Shown in pieces: positions 26,666 through 40,436 of a stretch of DNA of 64,000 nt. The notes beneath the pieces are model-generated. The model saw only the letters and a list, made by a program, of their open reading frames with translations. It ran no database searches and was not told the origin of the DNA. Position numbers and translations under genes: made by a program. This stretch comes from Adineta vaga (lineage: Eukaryota; Animalia; Rotifera): the NCBI GenBank assembly GCA_021613535.1, contig CP075494.1, positions 5,704,001-5,768,000 on the forward strand, given 5' to 3'. The number at the start of each line of letters is the position of its first letter. Position 1 is the first letter of the stretch.

Positions 26666-27055
26666 GAATAAAAAATAGCAATCTGATGGTACGTTTTATG
26701 TGATTACCAAGGTGAAAATAAGATGTTTTACAATCGAAAGAAATCATACAGTCTCTTTTTTTTCTTTCGTTTTTTCTCTTTCCTACCAATTTAACGGAAC
26801 TTTTAAAATAATATTGACTAAGCCCTGCTGCACATCAGCAGTACAAGAACAGAAAGAGAAAATGAAAGTTCCTTTTTATCTTATAAATTATGAAATCGTT
26901 TGACATGCATAAGAACAACAAGCGAAGGTTAATCAGTAACTTTTTTTATTTTCAAAATCGAGATTTCATTGTTTTTCATTTAAATAAATACATGACGTTT
27001 CTTTTTATTACTATATACAGATAAGATAAATAAAAATATATCAATAAACGAAGAT

Positions 27056-28489
27056 TTATTTTTGTTTGACATTCTTTGTGGTATCTTTACTAGTACTAGC
27101 TGGACATATATTTCGATTTAAACAAGTAGAACATCGAGGACGAACCGGAAAACATTGAGTTTGACCAAAACGAACCATATTATGATTGATTTGATTCCAT
27201 AATTCTCTATGAAAAGACAAACAAACACGATAGAATATGAATTGTTTAAAAAAAAGTAAAAGATCAAAATTACCGCGGAATCCAAGATTCTAATGCTAAA
27301 CGAGTTTGTTCCGGTGTTTTTGTATCATATGGTAACCAAGCAAGTCGATGTGAAATACGATGTACATGAACATCCACGCCAATTCCTTGATTGGATTTCC
27401 AAGCAAAATCCATCGCTAAAGTTTGAATAAATAAAATTCTATTCCGACAATTTTTCTTACTTAAATAAGCCATTTTCGGGCCAACACCTATAATGATCAT
27501 AGAATAAGAAAAACAAATCCTTTGATAAAAAATGAATAAACACACCAGGTAATGCACATAGATCTGTTATTGTATCAGGAATATCATCATTATATTTATC
27601 ACGTAAAATCTGACACGTTTGTTTGATATATTGAGCTTTACGCTAAAAGAAATTCATATAAATCGACAATCTCTTCTTTCATTTTGTCTTACTCGCCAAA
27701 ATCCAACGGGATAGATTATTTTCGCTAAATCATCAACATCAATATCGAGTGCATATTGTACAGTAAAATCACAATCAAGTAAACGATCCATTGCTGCAAC
27801 TGTCATTGTATCTTTTGTTTGACTAGATAACATTAAACTAACAAGAACATGTAAACGACGAACCTAAGGAAGATGAAAAATTGTTTGTAAGAAACCTTTC
27901 GAATAGATAATCTTACTTTATCATCTGTTATTGATTCACCGATTGTATCACAACCACGAGGTTCTAAATGTTTATTCGTTATTCGCATCGCTAAAATATT
28001 TTCCCAATGTTCCTTTGAAAAAGAACAAAATTACATTCAAAACTCTGGATATGTTAGTCAAATACCTTCCAATGCGGTGGTTCCCAATTTGGTTCATTTG
28101 ATATTTTCTGTCGTTTTCTATTTGAAAAAAATAAATTAATCTTTAACAGCTGATTTATTCATCTGTCAAAGAAAAAGTCGACGCATCCATTTTTCTTTCA
28201 TGTTCAATTAAGTCTTTGATGGATCGTTCGTTCGTATTTTAATTTTTTAGAGTGTAGAACAATTAGCTTAAAAATTTGCATAATGTTTTTATTTTTAGAC
28301 TTACTTAACAGTACGATCATTTTCAGTTGGATTACTTGTTTCTTTCTTTTCAAAATATCTAAGAAAAACATTTTCTTCATTTCCTAATAGGAAAGTTCAC
28401 TTTCTCTCTTACTTGCTCATAACTGTTTGAACAACTTGTCCTTTATCGGATTCATTTTTTCTTTTATTTCGACTATTGTCTTTAGACAT
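27056..28489 (-). CDS. NTHL1: Endonuclease III-like DNA glycosylase/AP lyase, multi-exon
   Basis: [15 protein letters not shown], helix-hairpin-helix LP|[19 protein letters not shown], and the 4Fe-4S motif [18 protein letters not shown]. Confidence 0.92.
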
Positions 28490-28773
28490 GAAAAGAAATC
28501 GTTGTTTTTCTTAATCAAAAATATCTGAAAGAAAATACGTTATTCAATATCGAAAATTTTTATTGTACTAATGTACCACATCGCCTGAAGTTGCAATTAA
28601 ATATGTAAAAACTTTTCTCTTTCTCTTCTTGTTTATACGATTGTTGTCCATCAAATAAAACTCGACATTTCTCTCTCTCTCTCACTCTCGCTGGAATTCA
28701 TTGAATATGTCAACAGATCTCACTCTTTATTTAATTGAATTTCAGTGAAAGTAACATATAGAATTCAATTTCA

Positions 28774-30001
28774 ATGGTTTCAATAACTGATCTAAAAGAT
28801 GTTCAAACTCTATTTCCCAATGCTCAAGTATCGTATGTATCACCATCAACGACTGGTTCATTACATTATTTAAATATTCGTGTTACTGAACGTCTTCATC
28901 GGTATCGATTATTAAAACGTCAATGGAATGATTTACAACCAACGAATTCAAATTCTAACATATCTGATAATACTTCATTAATACAAGATCCAAAAGAATA
29001 TGTGATTCCATTAGCACGAACAATAATAGGAAAAGAATCGAAGAAAAAGAGTTCGATCAAACTCGAACCATTACGTTCACAGATACAACAAGATTTATTA
29101 CAATTACGAAAAACCATTCGAACAAAACAGAATAAACTTCCTGATAATATGTGTGCGAAAATAAGAACAAAGAATCGTTCGATTCAAGAGAAAGTAAATA
29201 ATTCATATACATATATGTGAAAGAATTTTAAACTTCATTCAATTCTAGACAATTTCAAACACTCCTTTGGATAATGACGATAACTATCTGAATATTACAA
29301 TGCAACAGAAAACTCCAGTATCAAATCGAAGGCAAGTACCTAATCCAAGAGTACATTCAGCAATATTTCCACAGAATAATTTAACTGATAGTGGTATTAT
29401 TACAATAAATAATCCTTCAAGTAGTTATCTATTTCATATAAATCGATCACAAAAACTTAAACAAGAAATCAATAGTAAAGCATTTAATATTTGCGGTTAT
29501 CGTGTCAATCCATCTTCACTTTCAGACACTCCTTCTCAAAGTAAATCCTCATTAAATATTCATTCGAAAATTTCTCCGAATCTTCATTCCAAACAAACGC
29601 ACTCATTACGTTCATCTCCAACAAAAGACAAACAATCAACTTCAAATAAACCAGAATCTGTCTCTTCGTCAAGTTACTCGTCATCCGATGCTGAAGAAAC
29701 GACTACCTGTCATTATACATATGCTGGATCAACTTCTTCTTCCATTCCATCTGCTATGCAACTCAATCGAGCTACATCATTACTACCAATACTTCTCACC
29801 TCGAGTTCTTGTCTCGGTACTAAGAATAAGGATGATCGATATCTTACCAAAGACGTTTCTATTCGGTCACTCAAACCAATTATTTCACTTCATTCACAAT
29901 ATACTCATGATGGTTATGGAATGCTCTTTTCTCAATTAGATCGTTTACGTGTTACAATGCCGAATACAAATGTATACAATAATTATACACGAATTTGTTA
30001 G
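28774..30001 (+). CDS. Uncharacterised Ser-rich protein (2 exons)
   Basis: Two ORFs joinable by an intron near 29194-29249; no recognisable domain. Confidence 0.55.
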
Positions 30002-30091
30002 AAGAAAAACATAAGAAATTGATTGTTTGCTTTTTTTTTGTTTTATTTCTTTTGTCTAATAACAAAACTACTAACAAAATCTTGGTTAAAT

Positions 30092-30631
30092 TTATTTCGT
30101 TGTATTCATTTTTGGTATTAAATTTTTCGAAAACCATGATGGTCGCTCACGTGGAACTTCAACAATACGTTTGTTTTCATCGGTTTTCATCTGTTCATTT
30201 TTATAAACATAAACAATTTCTTGTTGTGGATGATTATATTTCCATTCATCTTTATTTGGATAGGAATCTTTTAGAATTTGTGTTTCTTTTCGTATACGAT
30301 CGTAGCAATGTCCACAGATAGTTTTCTTTTCATGCCATGTACCACATTCTAAACATTGATGGAGATCTTGACGTGGTGTACCATATTTAATCATTAAAGA
30401 CATTGGTAAATCCGAATGTCGACGAATACGACGACGTTCAATTGTTGCACGATGTTTTTGTGTTAATAGTATCGATGTATCTGGTAAATAAGATTGAGGA
30501 GATGTAACTGTTGTTGCAGTTGATGATGAAAGATCAACAAACGCAAATGTTGGTGAAGAAAAGAAAAATCGAGAATATTGAATCAATTGATCTGTGATCA
30601 ACTGATAACGAGCAATTAATTTCGTTAACAT
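30092..30631 (-). CDS. MRPL32: Mitochondrial ribosomal protein bL32m
   Basis: Presequence-like N-terminus, TIERRRIRR, CLECG...TICGHCYDRIRKET, RERPSWF. Confidence 0.85.
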   Translation of the reverse strand: MLTKLIARYQLITDQLIQYSRFFFSSPTFAFVDLSSSTATTVTSPQSYLPDTSILLTQKHRATIERRRIRRHSDLPMSLMIKYGTPRQDLHQCLECGTWHEKKTICGHCYDRIRKETQILKDSYPNKDEWKYNHPQQEIVYVYKNEQMKTDENKRIVEVPRERPSWFSKNLIPKMNTTK

Positions 30632-30721
30632 GATCTATAAATGAATACAAACTGATAAATATGGCTTTTCTTTTTTATTCAAATAAAAACTCATGCAAAC
30701 AACAAAAAGAAATGATTAAAT

Positions 30722-32351
30722 TTATTTTCGCATTGTTGGATTAAAAAGAAGAATATTATCTCGACGAAGTGCATCAGCAAAATGCTTTAAATTCATTGCA
30801 TCTTGTAATGAACCATCGATCGTTATACGTTGATTTAAATAAGCTTGTACAAGTTCATTCGGATCAGCTGATGATAAAAGACGTAAATCTTCCGGATTGG
30901 TTAATGTTATTGTCACATCAGCCGATGATGTTCCTGGAAAACGACCCGTATCACATGATCCATTACCTAAGAAAAGTCAAAACTTATGTTTCGATAAGAA
31001 TAGTTATCTTTACAAACCATTTTTAAGATCAAGATAAAATTCTCCCAAAGTTGCAATATTAAATTGATACGTTGTTTTGATTTGTTGAATTAGTTCAGCA
31101 GTTAAAGCAGGTTTAAGTCGTTGAACAAGAAGTTGAAGGACAGGTGAAGCGGAATTCTCCTTTGATTGTACTAGAGATAAACGAATTAAACAACAAATGA
31201 GAGATTTCGGAAAATGTTTACCTATCGTCGGTGGAATAGGTCCTGATTGATTTTGTTGTTGCAGTATACCAGCAAAGATTTTTGTAAATACATCAAGAGC
31301 TGGATGTAAAGATGCTTGATTTTGTTGATTTTCTTCAGCTGTTGAAATAGTTTTGGTTTGAACACTAATCGAATACATTAATTCCTTGCTTTTTTCTTAT
31401 CGAAAGTTTCTACTTACATATTCACTTTATTAATTTCAATACCCCATTTTCGAACAAAATGATTCAATTCATTCTAAATATGAATATTTCTCGAGATTTT
31501 TTATTGAAAAGAAATTTCATTGATTTACTTTCAATGATAATTCAGTTGTATAAATTTGTTGTTCAATTTTCATTCCATCAATTTTGCCAACAAATGAAAC
31601 TAATGTTGATCTTGTTAAAGATTTTAATGATACAGAAATATCATTTAAACTATTTGATACAAGTATTGGATCATCAATACTATATTCAACACAAACATTT
31701 ATTTCAATAATCGAATTATCTCGACAAAGAATCTAAAACAAAAACAGATTGTTTTCTCAAAAATCAATGTCTTTCATGAAAATATTTACTTGAATAGATG
31801 ATATGGGTAAACTGTTTTGTGTCGTTCGAATACATTTTGTATAATCCACAAATGGAAGAACTAAAGTTAAACCAGGACGTCGAGGTGAACTTTGTACACG
31901 GCCCAAACGATAAACAACTAATTGTTCGTTTGGACGAACACGCTAAACATTCATTATGTATTTATTTTGAAAAAAAAATCTCTATATTTTTGTTTTACTT
32001 TAACAGCAAATATCAGTGACCATGGTAGGAGAAGACATGTAAAAATTCCACAAAGTAAAATCACAAAATAATGGGCAACTTTTTCAATACCAACTAATGG
32101 ACGTTTTTCTACAATAAAGAAAAAAGAGAAAGCAAACAATTATATATTTCTTTTCTCAAACAAATCTAGGTACCAGCTAAAGCATGAAGATTAATTTGTC
32201 TTGAATAGGAAAAAGCGGATCCATAATTTGCAATCGAATTGTATTGATCAGGAGATGGTTTTCCCGATGTTAATTCAATGATTGATGCTGCCGGTCGTCC
32301 ATCATCATCATTAGTCGAGATGGGTTGATATTTGTGTGTTGATATGTTCAT
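30722..32351 (-). CDS. STOML1: Stomatin-like protein 1 (SPFH + SCP2 sterol-carrier domain), multi-exon
   Basis: N-terminal YQPI sorting-like motif; TM LLLPWSLIFAVK; SPFH exons; SCP2 FYLDLKN...DPNELVQAYLNQRITIDGSLQDAMNL. Confidence 0.85.
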
Positions 32352-32697
32352 GTTTTGTTGATATTAAATAAACACCGACGAGAATTAAGAAAAAACCACT
32401 TAACCAAAGTATATTAATTGGTTCAGCAAAGACAAGAAAACCAACAACAGCAGAAAGAAGAAAATTACTAGTTTTAGTGATGATAGTCGGTTGAATACTG
32501 GTCGATGATAAACTCAATGCTTTGGAATAACAACGCCACATAAAAACATTGGAAAAAATGAAAAGAATTATGTATAAAATTGTTTGAATCGATGTGAATG
32601 TTGTTTGACTAAATGTTAATTTACCGAATAGCGATGCAAGACAAGCAGATACACCAGCAAGAATTGAGTAAAGATTTACAGACGAAGAATGGTGCAT
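32311..32697 (-). CDS. TMEM42: Transmembrane protein 42 (DMT/EamA-like)
   Basis: AGVSACLASLFGK, NVFMWRCYSKAL, SNFLLSAVVGFLVFAEPINILWLSG. Confidence 0.85.
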   Translation of the reverse strand: MHHSSSVNLYSILAGVSACLASLFGKLTFSQTTFTSIQTILYIILFIFSNVFMWRCYSKALSLSSTSIQPTIITKTSNFLLSAVVGFLVFAEPINILWLSGFFLILVGVYLISTKHEHINTQISTHLD

Positions 32698-32845
32698 TAA
32701 TCAGCAGCAAAGAAGAAGAGAGAAAAGAAATGTGATGTGACGACGACGAGGAATTTATAGATCATTCTATTGGTGAATGTCAATGATACTAGAAGAGCAA
32801 TGATAGATGGCGTTGTACAACTGTTCTATATTTATTTGTAAATTT

Positions 32846-34797
32846 TCAATGTTTTTGTACAAAATGAATCAAAACTTTCGGAAGAATTTGTTCGTAATAT
32901 GGATGTTCTTTTTGTATCAATCTTGCACAAGTACATTTCAATGATCGAACACTCATAAGTTCTTTGAAATGCTGCGCGACTTCAATACGATTAGATGGAA
33001 TCAATTCAAATGGTGTTTCTCCTTTATTATTAACATGATCCATATGAGCACCAGAATGATATAAAATATCCATCATGGGAAGAATTTCTTCAGCTAACGA
33101 ATGGTTTTGAACAAGAAGATGCAATGGTGTATTCTTATTCGTATCTAAGACATCAACATTTGTTCCACAGGTGATCAATAAACGTGCAGTTATTGGACAT
33201 GGGTAACTAAGAACAAAGAGAGAGAGAGAGAGAGAGTGAATATAAGTTTGATTTTTTTGTAGGGAAATATTTACTTGACATCTTCAGAAAATCGTTTTGT
33301 TGATGAAGTTGAACATAAATGTAAAAGAGACCATTGATCTTTCGTTGTTCGATATTCACATCGAAGAATAAATTGAATTAATTGAAATAATTCACGTCGA
33401 TGATAAATATCTATTTTTTCATTTCTATTCGAAAGAATTTTCGCAATAATTGTTAATAAATAAAGTAATGTTCGAAGATTATAATCAAAGTTTTCATTGC
33501 GAAAATTTAATCGTAATTCATTCTCCATAATTTTTAACATTCGTATTAAACTTTCAATAGGAATATTCATTTGATGATTTTGTTTCATTTCAACAAATAT
33601 ATTTGTAAAACAACGAAGATATTCTTTCTTAATATTTATATTATATTTTTGTTTTAAATCAATCTCATAAAACCACCAACGAAGACAATCATTATATCGA
33701 TGTGTATCAGCTAGAACAGCGCCATAATAACGTAAAACATGATGATAATCATTACTTCTATCACCGAGTAGACGTTGATGAATACGAATAGTTTCAATAT
33801 GTAATTTTTCTTTAGAATTCGAACGAACTATTTCATTGAATTCTTCGATTGTTCGACATTCGGAACATGAATCAAAGATGTCCAATGATTCCGACGGCAA
33901 AATTTTCGGTAAATTTTTCTTGATTCGTAATTCAAATGCTTCTGTTATGAGTCTTTTTGTTTTATTTAAATTTTCTAATCGTGCTACACAACCTCCATAT
34001 GTTCCTCCAAGTAATTCTTTTGCTTCAATCCATTCTAAATCTGAACAATAACCATTAAACATCTCGACTAAATCAATTTCTCCATATAGAGCAGCACGCA
34101 TCAATGGAGTTACATTTCTCAATTTGTCTCGAACATTATTCGCACCATTTTCTAATAAAATCTTAACAATCTCACATGAACCTGATCTTACTGCATAATA
34201 AAGTGCTGTTTGACCATTTTCATCTTCATCATTAACATTAACTTTCAATTCATTGATTAAATATTTCACCATTGTGGGATATCGACGACCAGCACTTAAC
34301 ATTAGATTTGTATAATTACCAATTTTAATTTGATATGGATTTGCTCCATGTTCAACTAAATATTTTGCCATTCGAATATTATTATTAAAACATGCAACAC
34401 GAAATGTTGTACTATGTGTTTTTGTTAAATGATTAATCTTTGCATGACCTTGTTCAATTAATAATCGTACAATATCGAAATGATCAACAGCAACTGCTGT
34501 CCATAGTGGTGAAACATCTTCGACAATTTCTTGTTGATTATCACTGAGATCGAAAACGATCGTACCCATTTGTTCCAAATCCGGTTGAAAACGACGTAAT
34601 AACATGCGAACAATATGTTCATGTTTATAAAAACATGCCGCTATTACTGGTGTCCATTTCGATCGATTAAATGAAAATAATTTATTGAGATATTGTGGAT
34701 TTTGATTTAAATATATTTCAAGACACATGACATGACCTTGACGAATAGCATGATGAATGAATTCTTCATTATCAATAGAAGATGATTGAAATGGCAT
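32846..34797 (-). CDS. FEM1: FEM1 homologue (ankyrin-repeat CRL2 substrate receptor), 2 exons
   Basis: Ankyrin repeats (VSPLWTA, HSTTFRVACF), EAKELLG, RYYGAVLAD, C-terminal ankyrins and VHL-box SLKCTCARLI. Confidence 0.85.
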
Positions 34798-35953
34798 ATT
34801 ATACAATAGAAGAAAAAAAATGTTTTTGTTATTTGTTATTCAATGGTACACATGTGTTGCTCGGAGTAGTTGATTGAATTAGACGACAGTTGGATTGATC
34901 TAGAGTATTACAGGTGGAGAACAGAAGAAAATGTCACATGTTTTATGTTAATGTTTCGTTAAATGTATTTAAAGCAAGGTAGAAGAAGAACAAGGTAATG
35001 TGACGAAAACATGAAATTTTTTTTTTTTTTCATCAATGCATTGAGATAAAATCAACAATATTATTTTCAACTTCGAGAGAAAAAGAAATAATTATCGTTT
35101 GAAGCTATGAGTTTTATTTATCATTTTCAATACTATACGAATCAGCAGGCATCTACTATTCGTTTTTCATCTGATATTATATATCAACTATTTTGTATTT
35201 AAATTTAGTAAATGAACATCAAATTATTAATAGTCTATAAACATGTACAAGTGTCGAGGGATGCATGTTGTGAGGAAAACATCTGCTTATATATTTTGTA
35301 TATTCTATTTTGGTTGTGAATCGAACTAAATAACTTCGAATTTTGATAGTCATAAAACTGTCATTATACAAAGCAGATGACATGATTGTTCTATCTATTC
35401 TAAAAAGTACATAAATCTGAAAATTGTATAATGAAGACGTGATTTATTAGTTAACTTAGTATGTTAAAAACATAGAGAAAAGTACAATTCATTGCAATTA
35501 TTCATTTGAAAATGTTATATATCCCACTGGCACAGTTGGATTGTAATATTTGATTATCTATAGCATGAGGTTTATATAGATCTTTCAATGGTTCATAGAT
35601 TCGAACAATTTTGGCTATACATATATCTCATATACTTATGTAATATTGTAAAGGAGAGATATAAAATCTTCTTGATTAATTTTGTTGTCAACTAGATAGA
35701 ATTTTGATAATTAGATGAGTACCTATAAACTCTTAAGGATTCAAAGATGTGACGTCACTGTAAATATATTTAAGATGGTAAAAGCTAAGTGTGCCGTTTA
35801 TTTCCGTCAGAAGTATAATTGATAAAATATCGGACGTCATGTCTTCGTTATAGTCCGGAACTAAGTAAATAAATATCTCATTAAACATTATCCAGATCTC
35901 AGTACTGCACTTTCATATAATTCTTTATATTTCTAAAACTGTCTGCGACATTT

Positions 35954-36928
35954 ATGGCCGATTCAGCAAACTCAACTGTTGTTATTAATCTTAATAACTT
36001 TGCATTTCAAATGAATCGATATATGTCGATATTTATTATACTCTTCGGTTCAATTGGTAATACTTTAAATCTATTTATTTTCAATCGTCCAAAACATCGA
36101 ACAAATCCATGTGCAGTCTATTTCTTTTATGCTTCTGTTGCTGGTCTTATTGCTTTATTTTCTGGTTTATTAAGTCGAATATTTGCAGGTTTTCAACGAG
36201 ATTTATCAGCAACAACCGAGGGTCTTTGTCAATCACGAGCATTTATTGTTTGGGTGTCGACTACGACTGCATCTTGGTTTTTAACTTATGCAACTGTAGA
36301 TCGATATTGTATCAGTTGTCGAGAAGTAAATCGTCGAAATTTAAGTAATCTTCGATTTGCTCATCATTCAATGACGCTAACTATTCTTGGTGTATCTTTA
36401 GTATTCGCAGAAACATTCTATTGTTATGTTCCGAATCTCAAAAATTCTCCTTTGACATGTTATGGTCGAAATATGGCATGTCGACTCTATAATGAAATTT
36501 CTTCAGCTTTATTTTTTGTTTTTATTCCATCAACAATTATGTTAATATTTGGATATGGAACAGTACAAAATGTAAGAAAATTACTTCTATCAATTGCACC
36601 AACAGCAAGTACAGAAGGAACTGCAAGAACAATTAAGAAAACAGATCGACAATTGATTCAAATGTTGATTATTCAGATTATCCTATCAACGATATTCAAT
36701 ATTCCATTAGCTGTTCATCGACTTTATTTAACATCAACATTGACCGTTCTGAAAAGTCCATTGAGAACGACCATTGAAAATCTTTGTTTTCAAGCATTTT
36801 ATCTTCTTAGTTTTATGACATTTGGAATGCCTTTTTATATTTATACATTAACAGGAACTGTGTTTAAAAGTGAATGTAGAACTTTATTTCAATTTATTTA
36901 TCGGAAAATAAAATTGTTCGCATTATAA
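35954..36928 (+). CDS. Orphan class-A GPCR, intronless
   Basis: GSIGN, TVDRY, DRQLIQMLIIQ, PFYIYTLTGTVFK. Confidence 0.88.
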   Translation: MADSANSTVVINLNNFAFQMNRYMSIFIILFGSIGNTLNLFIFNRPKHRTNPCAVYFFYASVAGLIALFSGLLSRIFAGFQRDLSATTEGLCQSRAFIVWVSTTTASWFLTYATVDRYCISCREVNRRNLSNLRFAHHSMTLTILGVSLVFAETFYCYVPNLKNSPLTCYGRNMACRLYNEISSALFFVFIPSTIMLIFGYGTVQNVRKLLLSIAPTASTEGTARTIKKTDRQLIQMLIIQIILSTIFNIPLAVHRLYLTSTLTVLKSPLRTTIENLCFQAFYLLSFMTFGMPFYIYTLTGTVFKSECRTLFQFIYRKIKLFAL

Positions 36929-36996
36929 AACGTAAACAAATATCTCTAAAAAATGATTCATTTGTATCACATGTAACAAGAATTAAACATACAGTA

Positions 36997-39900
36997 TTAA
37001 TCACACCTTTTGTGTAAGAGAAAAATCACCCATTTCTTCACGTAGTCTTCGTTTAGTGATGGACATTCCAAGGAAGATATATTTTCAGAAAACTTGTCAC
37101 TCGATACTCTTTTGTTTTCTCGAAATACGCTTTCAAATAACAATTCTTTCAACAAATCACCAGCAATACTTTCCTTCTTGAGTTTCTTCTTCCAATTATC
37201 ATCTGATACACCTTCGACAGTAATACTGCATGCTTTCAAACCACTGATTATATCTTCGAACTTTATCTCATCATCTGAATTGATCACATGATAAATATTT
37301 CCATATGTATTCTTTTCACCATTACTCAAATATACAATACTTTTCGCTGTAAAATCCACCGGTAATCCATTCACTCGACCACCTTCCAATCTCGTCGGAT
37401 AACATTTCATCTTCATCATTTCACTCAATAACATTGTATAAACATCATCCACATTACATGCACCACTTCGACTATCACTACAAATCAATCCAAGTCGATA
37501 TATCACCACTCGAACACCACATGCACTTGCTCGACTCATCAACTTCTCGGCTACCCATTTACTTTGTGCATAACCACCTACCAGATCATCGACATTCGTC
37601 TCATCAATCGATCTCTCTTTCTCCACTCTACCACGACCAAGAACACTGATCGTCGACACATATTGAATCGGAATACAAGAATGTGAATGATGAGTGGCGA
37701 ATCGAATGATCTCTCGAGTACCATGCACATTCGATCCATACAACTGATGATATGGAAGAATGAAGTTGACATTTGCACCACAATGATAGATCACATCAAC
37801 TTCACTTGCCAGTTTATCATATGTCTCGTCATTTGCTAGTCCAAAATGATGCTTCGACAGATCACCTCGTAGTGGGATGACACGCTGTTCATATTCATCA
37901 TTCCAGATCTGGTAAAACAGCATATTCTTTCGAATTCGATCAAATGCATCCTTTTCATTCTCACATCGAACAAGACAAACAAACTGACATGTCGATGGAT
38001 GCACTGTCAATAGTTCAGCTAACAGGAATGCACCAACAAATCCTGTTGTTCCAGTAATGAATATCATCGATGGATGCAATGCTGTGTTCTTGTGATCAGT
38101 GACAATGATATCGAGATCAGTATTGGCATCTTTCAACAGTTGTGTACCGATGGATCGTGACCATGAAGAGAGATGAGAAGGATGTTGAATGAGAGATGTG
38201 AGCTGTTGTAGATCGACTTGCGGATCGAAGAGAATGTCCATTGGAATCGACACGCCAAGATCATGTTCGATCATTCGAGAAAGACGAGTCGCTGACAATG
38301 AATCGGTGCCCGTCGTGAGGATGCTATGGTGTTGTTCGTCAGAGGAAGTGATCTCGTGTCCTGTGACTGTTTCGATGAGCGTTTTGAGTTGTTGTTCGAG
38401 TGAGTTATTGGATGTGTTGGCTCGTAGTTGGTGTGCGTAATGTGCAGCTATTTTATGTCGACAATGTTTCAACGATGATGTCAACAAACCATTTTCAGGC
38501 GTAAACGGATGAAAATCGATGATGATGTGAGATGGAATCTCATGTTTTCGAAGTGCTTCTTGTTCTGCAATGGATCGAAGATCTTGTTGAATAGCTTGAG
38601 AGAAGAGTGGGTGGGGGTTGTTGGTATCGAATGATGTGAGGTGATGCTGAAGAGCATATGCTTGTGCATACTGTTGATTTGGAACGATGACAGCAGAGAC
38701 ACAATCAGACAATAGATCACCATGGATATAGATTTGATCGATGAATGGACTCTGAATGTAGATGCTTTGAAGATATTCAGGTGAAACAAATTGACCTTGT
38801 GCTAGTTTGAAGAAGTTCTTTTTTCGATCAATAACATGAATATCGCCTTGAGCAGTTCGGGTAGTACGTAGTTCGACAATATCACCAGTTCGAAAGAATC
38901 CATCATCAGTAATAGCAGCATTAGTTTCATCTGGATTGTTGATATATCCTGAGAACATCTGTGGTGTTTTGATGAGAAGTTCTCCTCGTGAGTAAGGTTT
39001 ATCATCAGGTGTGTAGCCCATTTCGGGAACAGATTCGAGCCGATATTGAAGTGTATTTTCAGGAAAATTATCAAATGCTACACTACCACATTCAGTAATA
39101 CCATACGACTCATGAACTAAACAATGTGTGAAACAACGTTTCATAAAATCGAGTACTACTGGACTAACCATAGCACCACCAATAGCGATCGAGCCACACC
39201 GATTAGGAATAAGTTTCGAAAATTCTTGAAGAAGACGTTTCTCTTCATCGGCAAGTTTTTCAGGAGGAGAATTAGCAGTGACAAGTGCAAGTGCGGCTCG
39301 AAATTCTGTGTAGATTTTATTCCAAATACTTGGTGGTCCGCCAAAGTAGGTAGGTCTAACTAGTGCGAGTTCTTCCATGAGTCGTGATGGATCTCCTGTG
39401 GAGAATCCTGTTCGACCTCCACATAAAAAGGTGGTGATAATGGCATCACGATCTGCTGCCCATGCTAACGGTCGATATGATAATGTCACACGTTCAAGTG
39501 ACGAAGGTAAACACCATCGTGGAAATGTTGCTCGAAAAGCACTTTCCGAAATGATGGCACCTTTCGGAAAACCAGAACTCCCACTTGTGTATATAATAGT
39601 GAGATAATCATCAGGTCCGTTTTCCCGATATTCATATGTATTTATTGCTCCATTCGTTTCCACATCACGCATATAGTGAAGAAAATCAGTGTTGTTTGAT
39701 GTCGAAACTGAAGAAAAAATTTCAGTTATTTCACATATCAAATGATATAATGTAGCTGTTTAATTGTGTACTCACTCAACACTTCATCTGAAATTGGATC
39801 CATACATACAATATGTCGAAGTGATGAACACTGTGGCTGAACAGCAATAAATCTTGTCAACATGTCTTTATCGCATACTATCACAGATATTTTTGTATTA

Positions 39901-40436
39901 TTGATGACATATGCTATTTCACGATCAGTAAACAATGTGTAGATAGGAACACTGATAATACTTTGAAAGATGCATGCAAAATCAGTAATCACCCATTCAG
40001 GTCGATTTCCAGCACAGATTCCAAGATAATCTCGAGGATTGATTAGTTGTCTCAAACCATGTCCAAAATGTTTTGCTCGATCACCGATTGTTTTGAAAGT
40101 GAACCATGAATAAGAATCTTTGTAGATGGAAGGATTACTTTGATCTTGATCTCGTATTCCCATACAATGACGATCCCAATACATAGCTATTGCTGCTCGA
40201 AGTCCAGTAGCCATATCTATTTTCATACATTCTTTCATTTCTTCTCGTCCGTATGCCAATTCAGGAACCATTCGATGTGGATGCCGAGGATTGTCTGTTG
40301 TCATACATTGCTGACAATAATCATAATTACGGCAAACAGTACAATTGTAACGAGTTTCACCATGATTTATCTGACGTTGGCATGCGTCACAATACCAATA
40401 ACTTGGTTTCACCGAAGTAGTTTTATCATCATCCAT
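36997..40436 (-). CDS. ZZ zinc finger + carboxylic acid reductase-like NRPS module (A-T-R), copy 1; intron 39708-39775
   Basis: ZZ CDAC...RYNCTVCRNYDYCQQC...HPH; A domain YTSGSSGFPKG, ESYGITE, FFRTGD, IDRKKNFFKLAQGQFV; T domain GTDSLSA; R domain TGTTGFVG and GYAQSKW. Confidence 0.92.
37286..38829. repeat. Near-identical direct repeat shared with 44334-45877
   Basis: Offset 7048; only two substitutions noticed by eye. Further identical tracts: 38876-39050 = 45924-46098 and 39796-40177 = 46816-47197. Confidence 0.92.
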
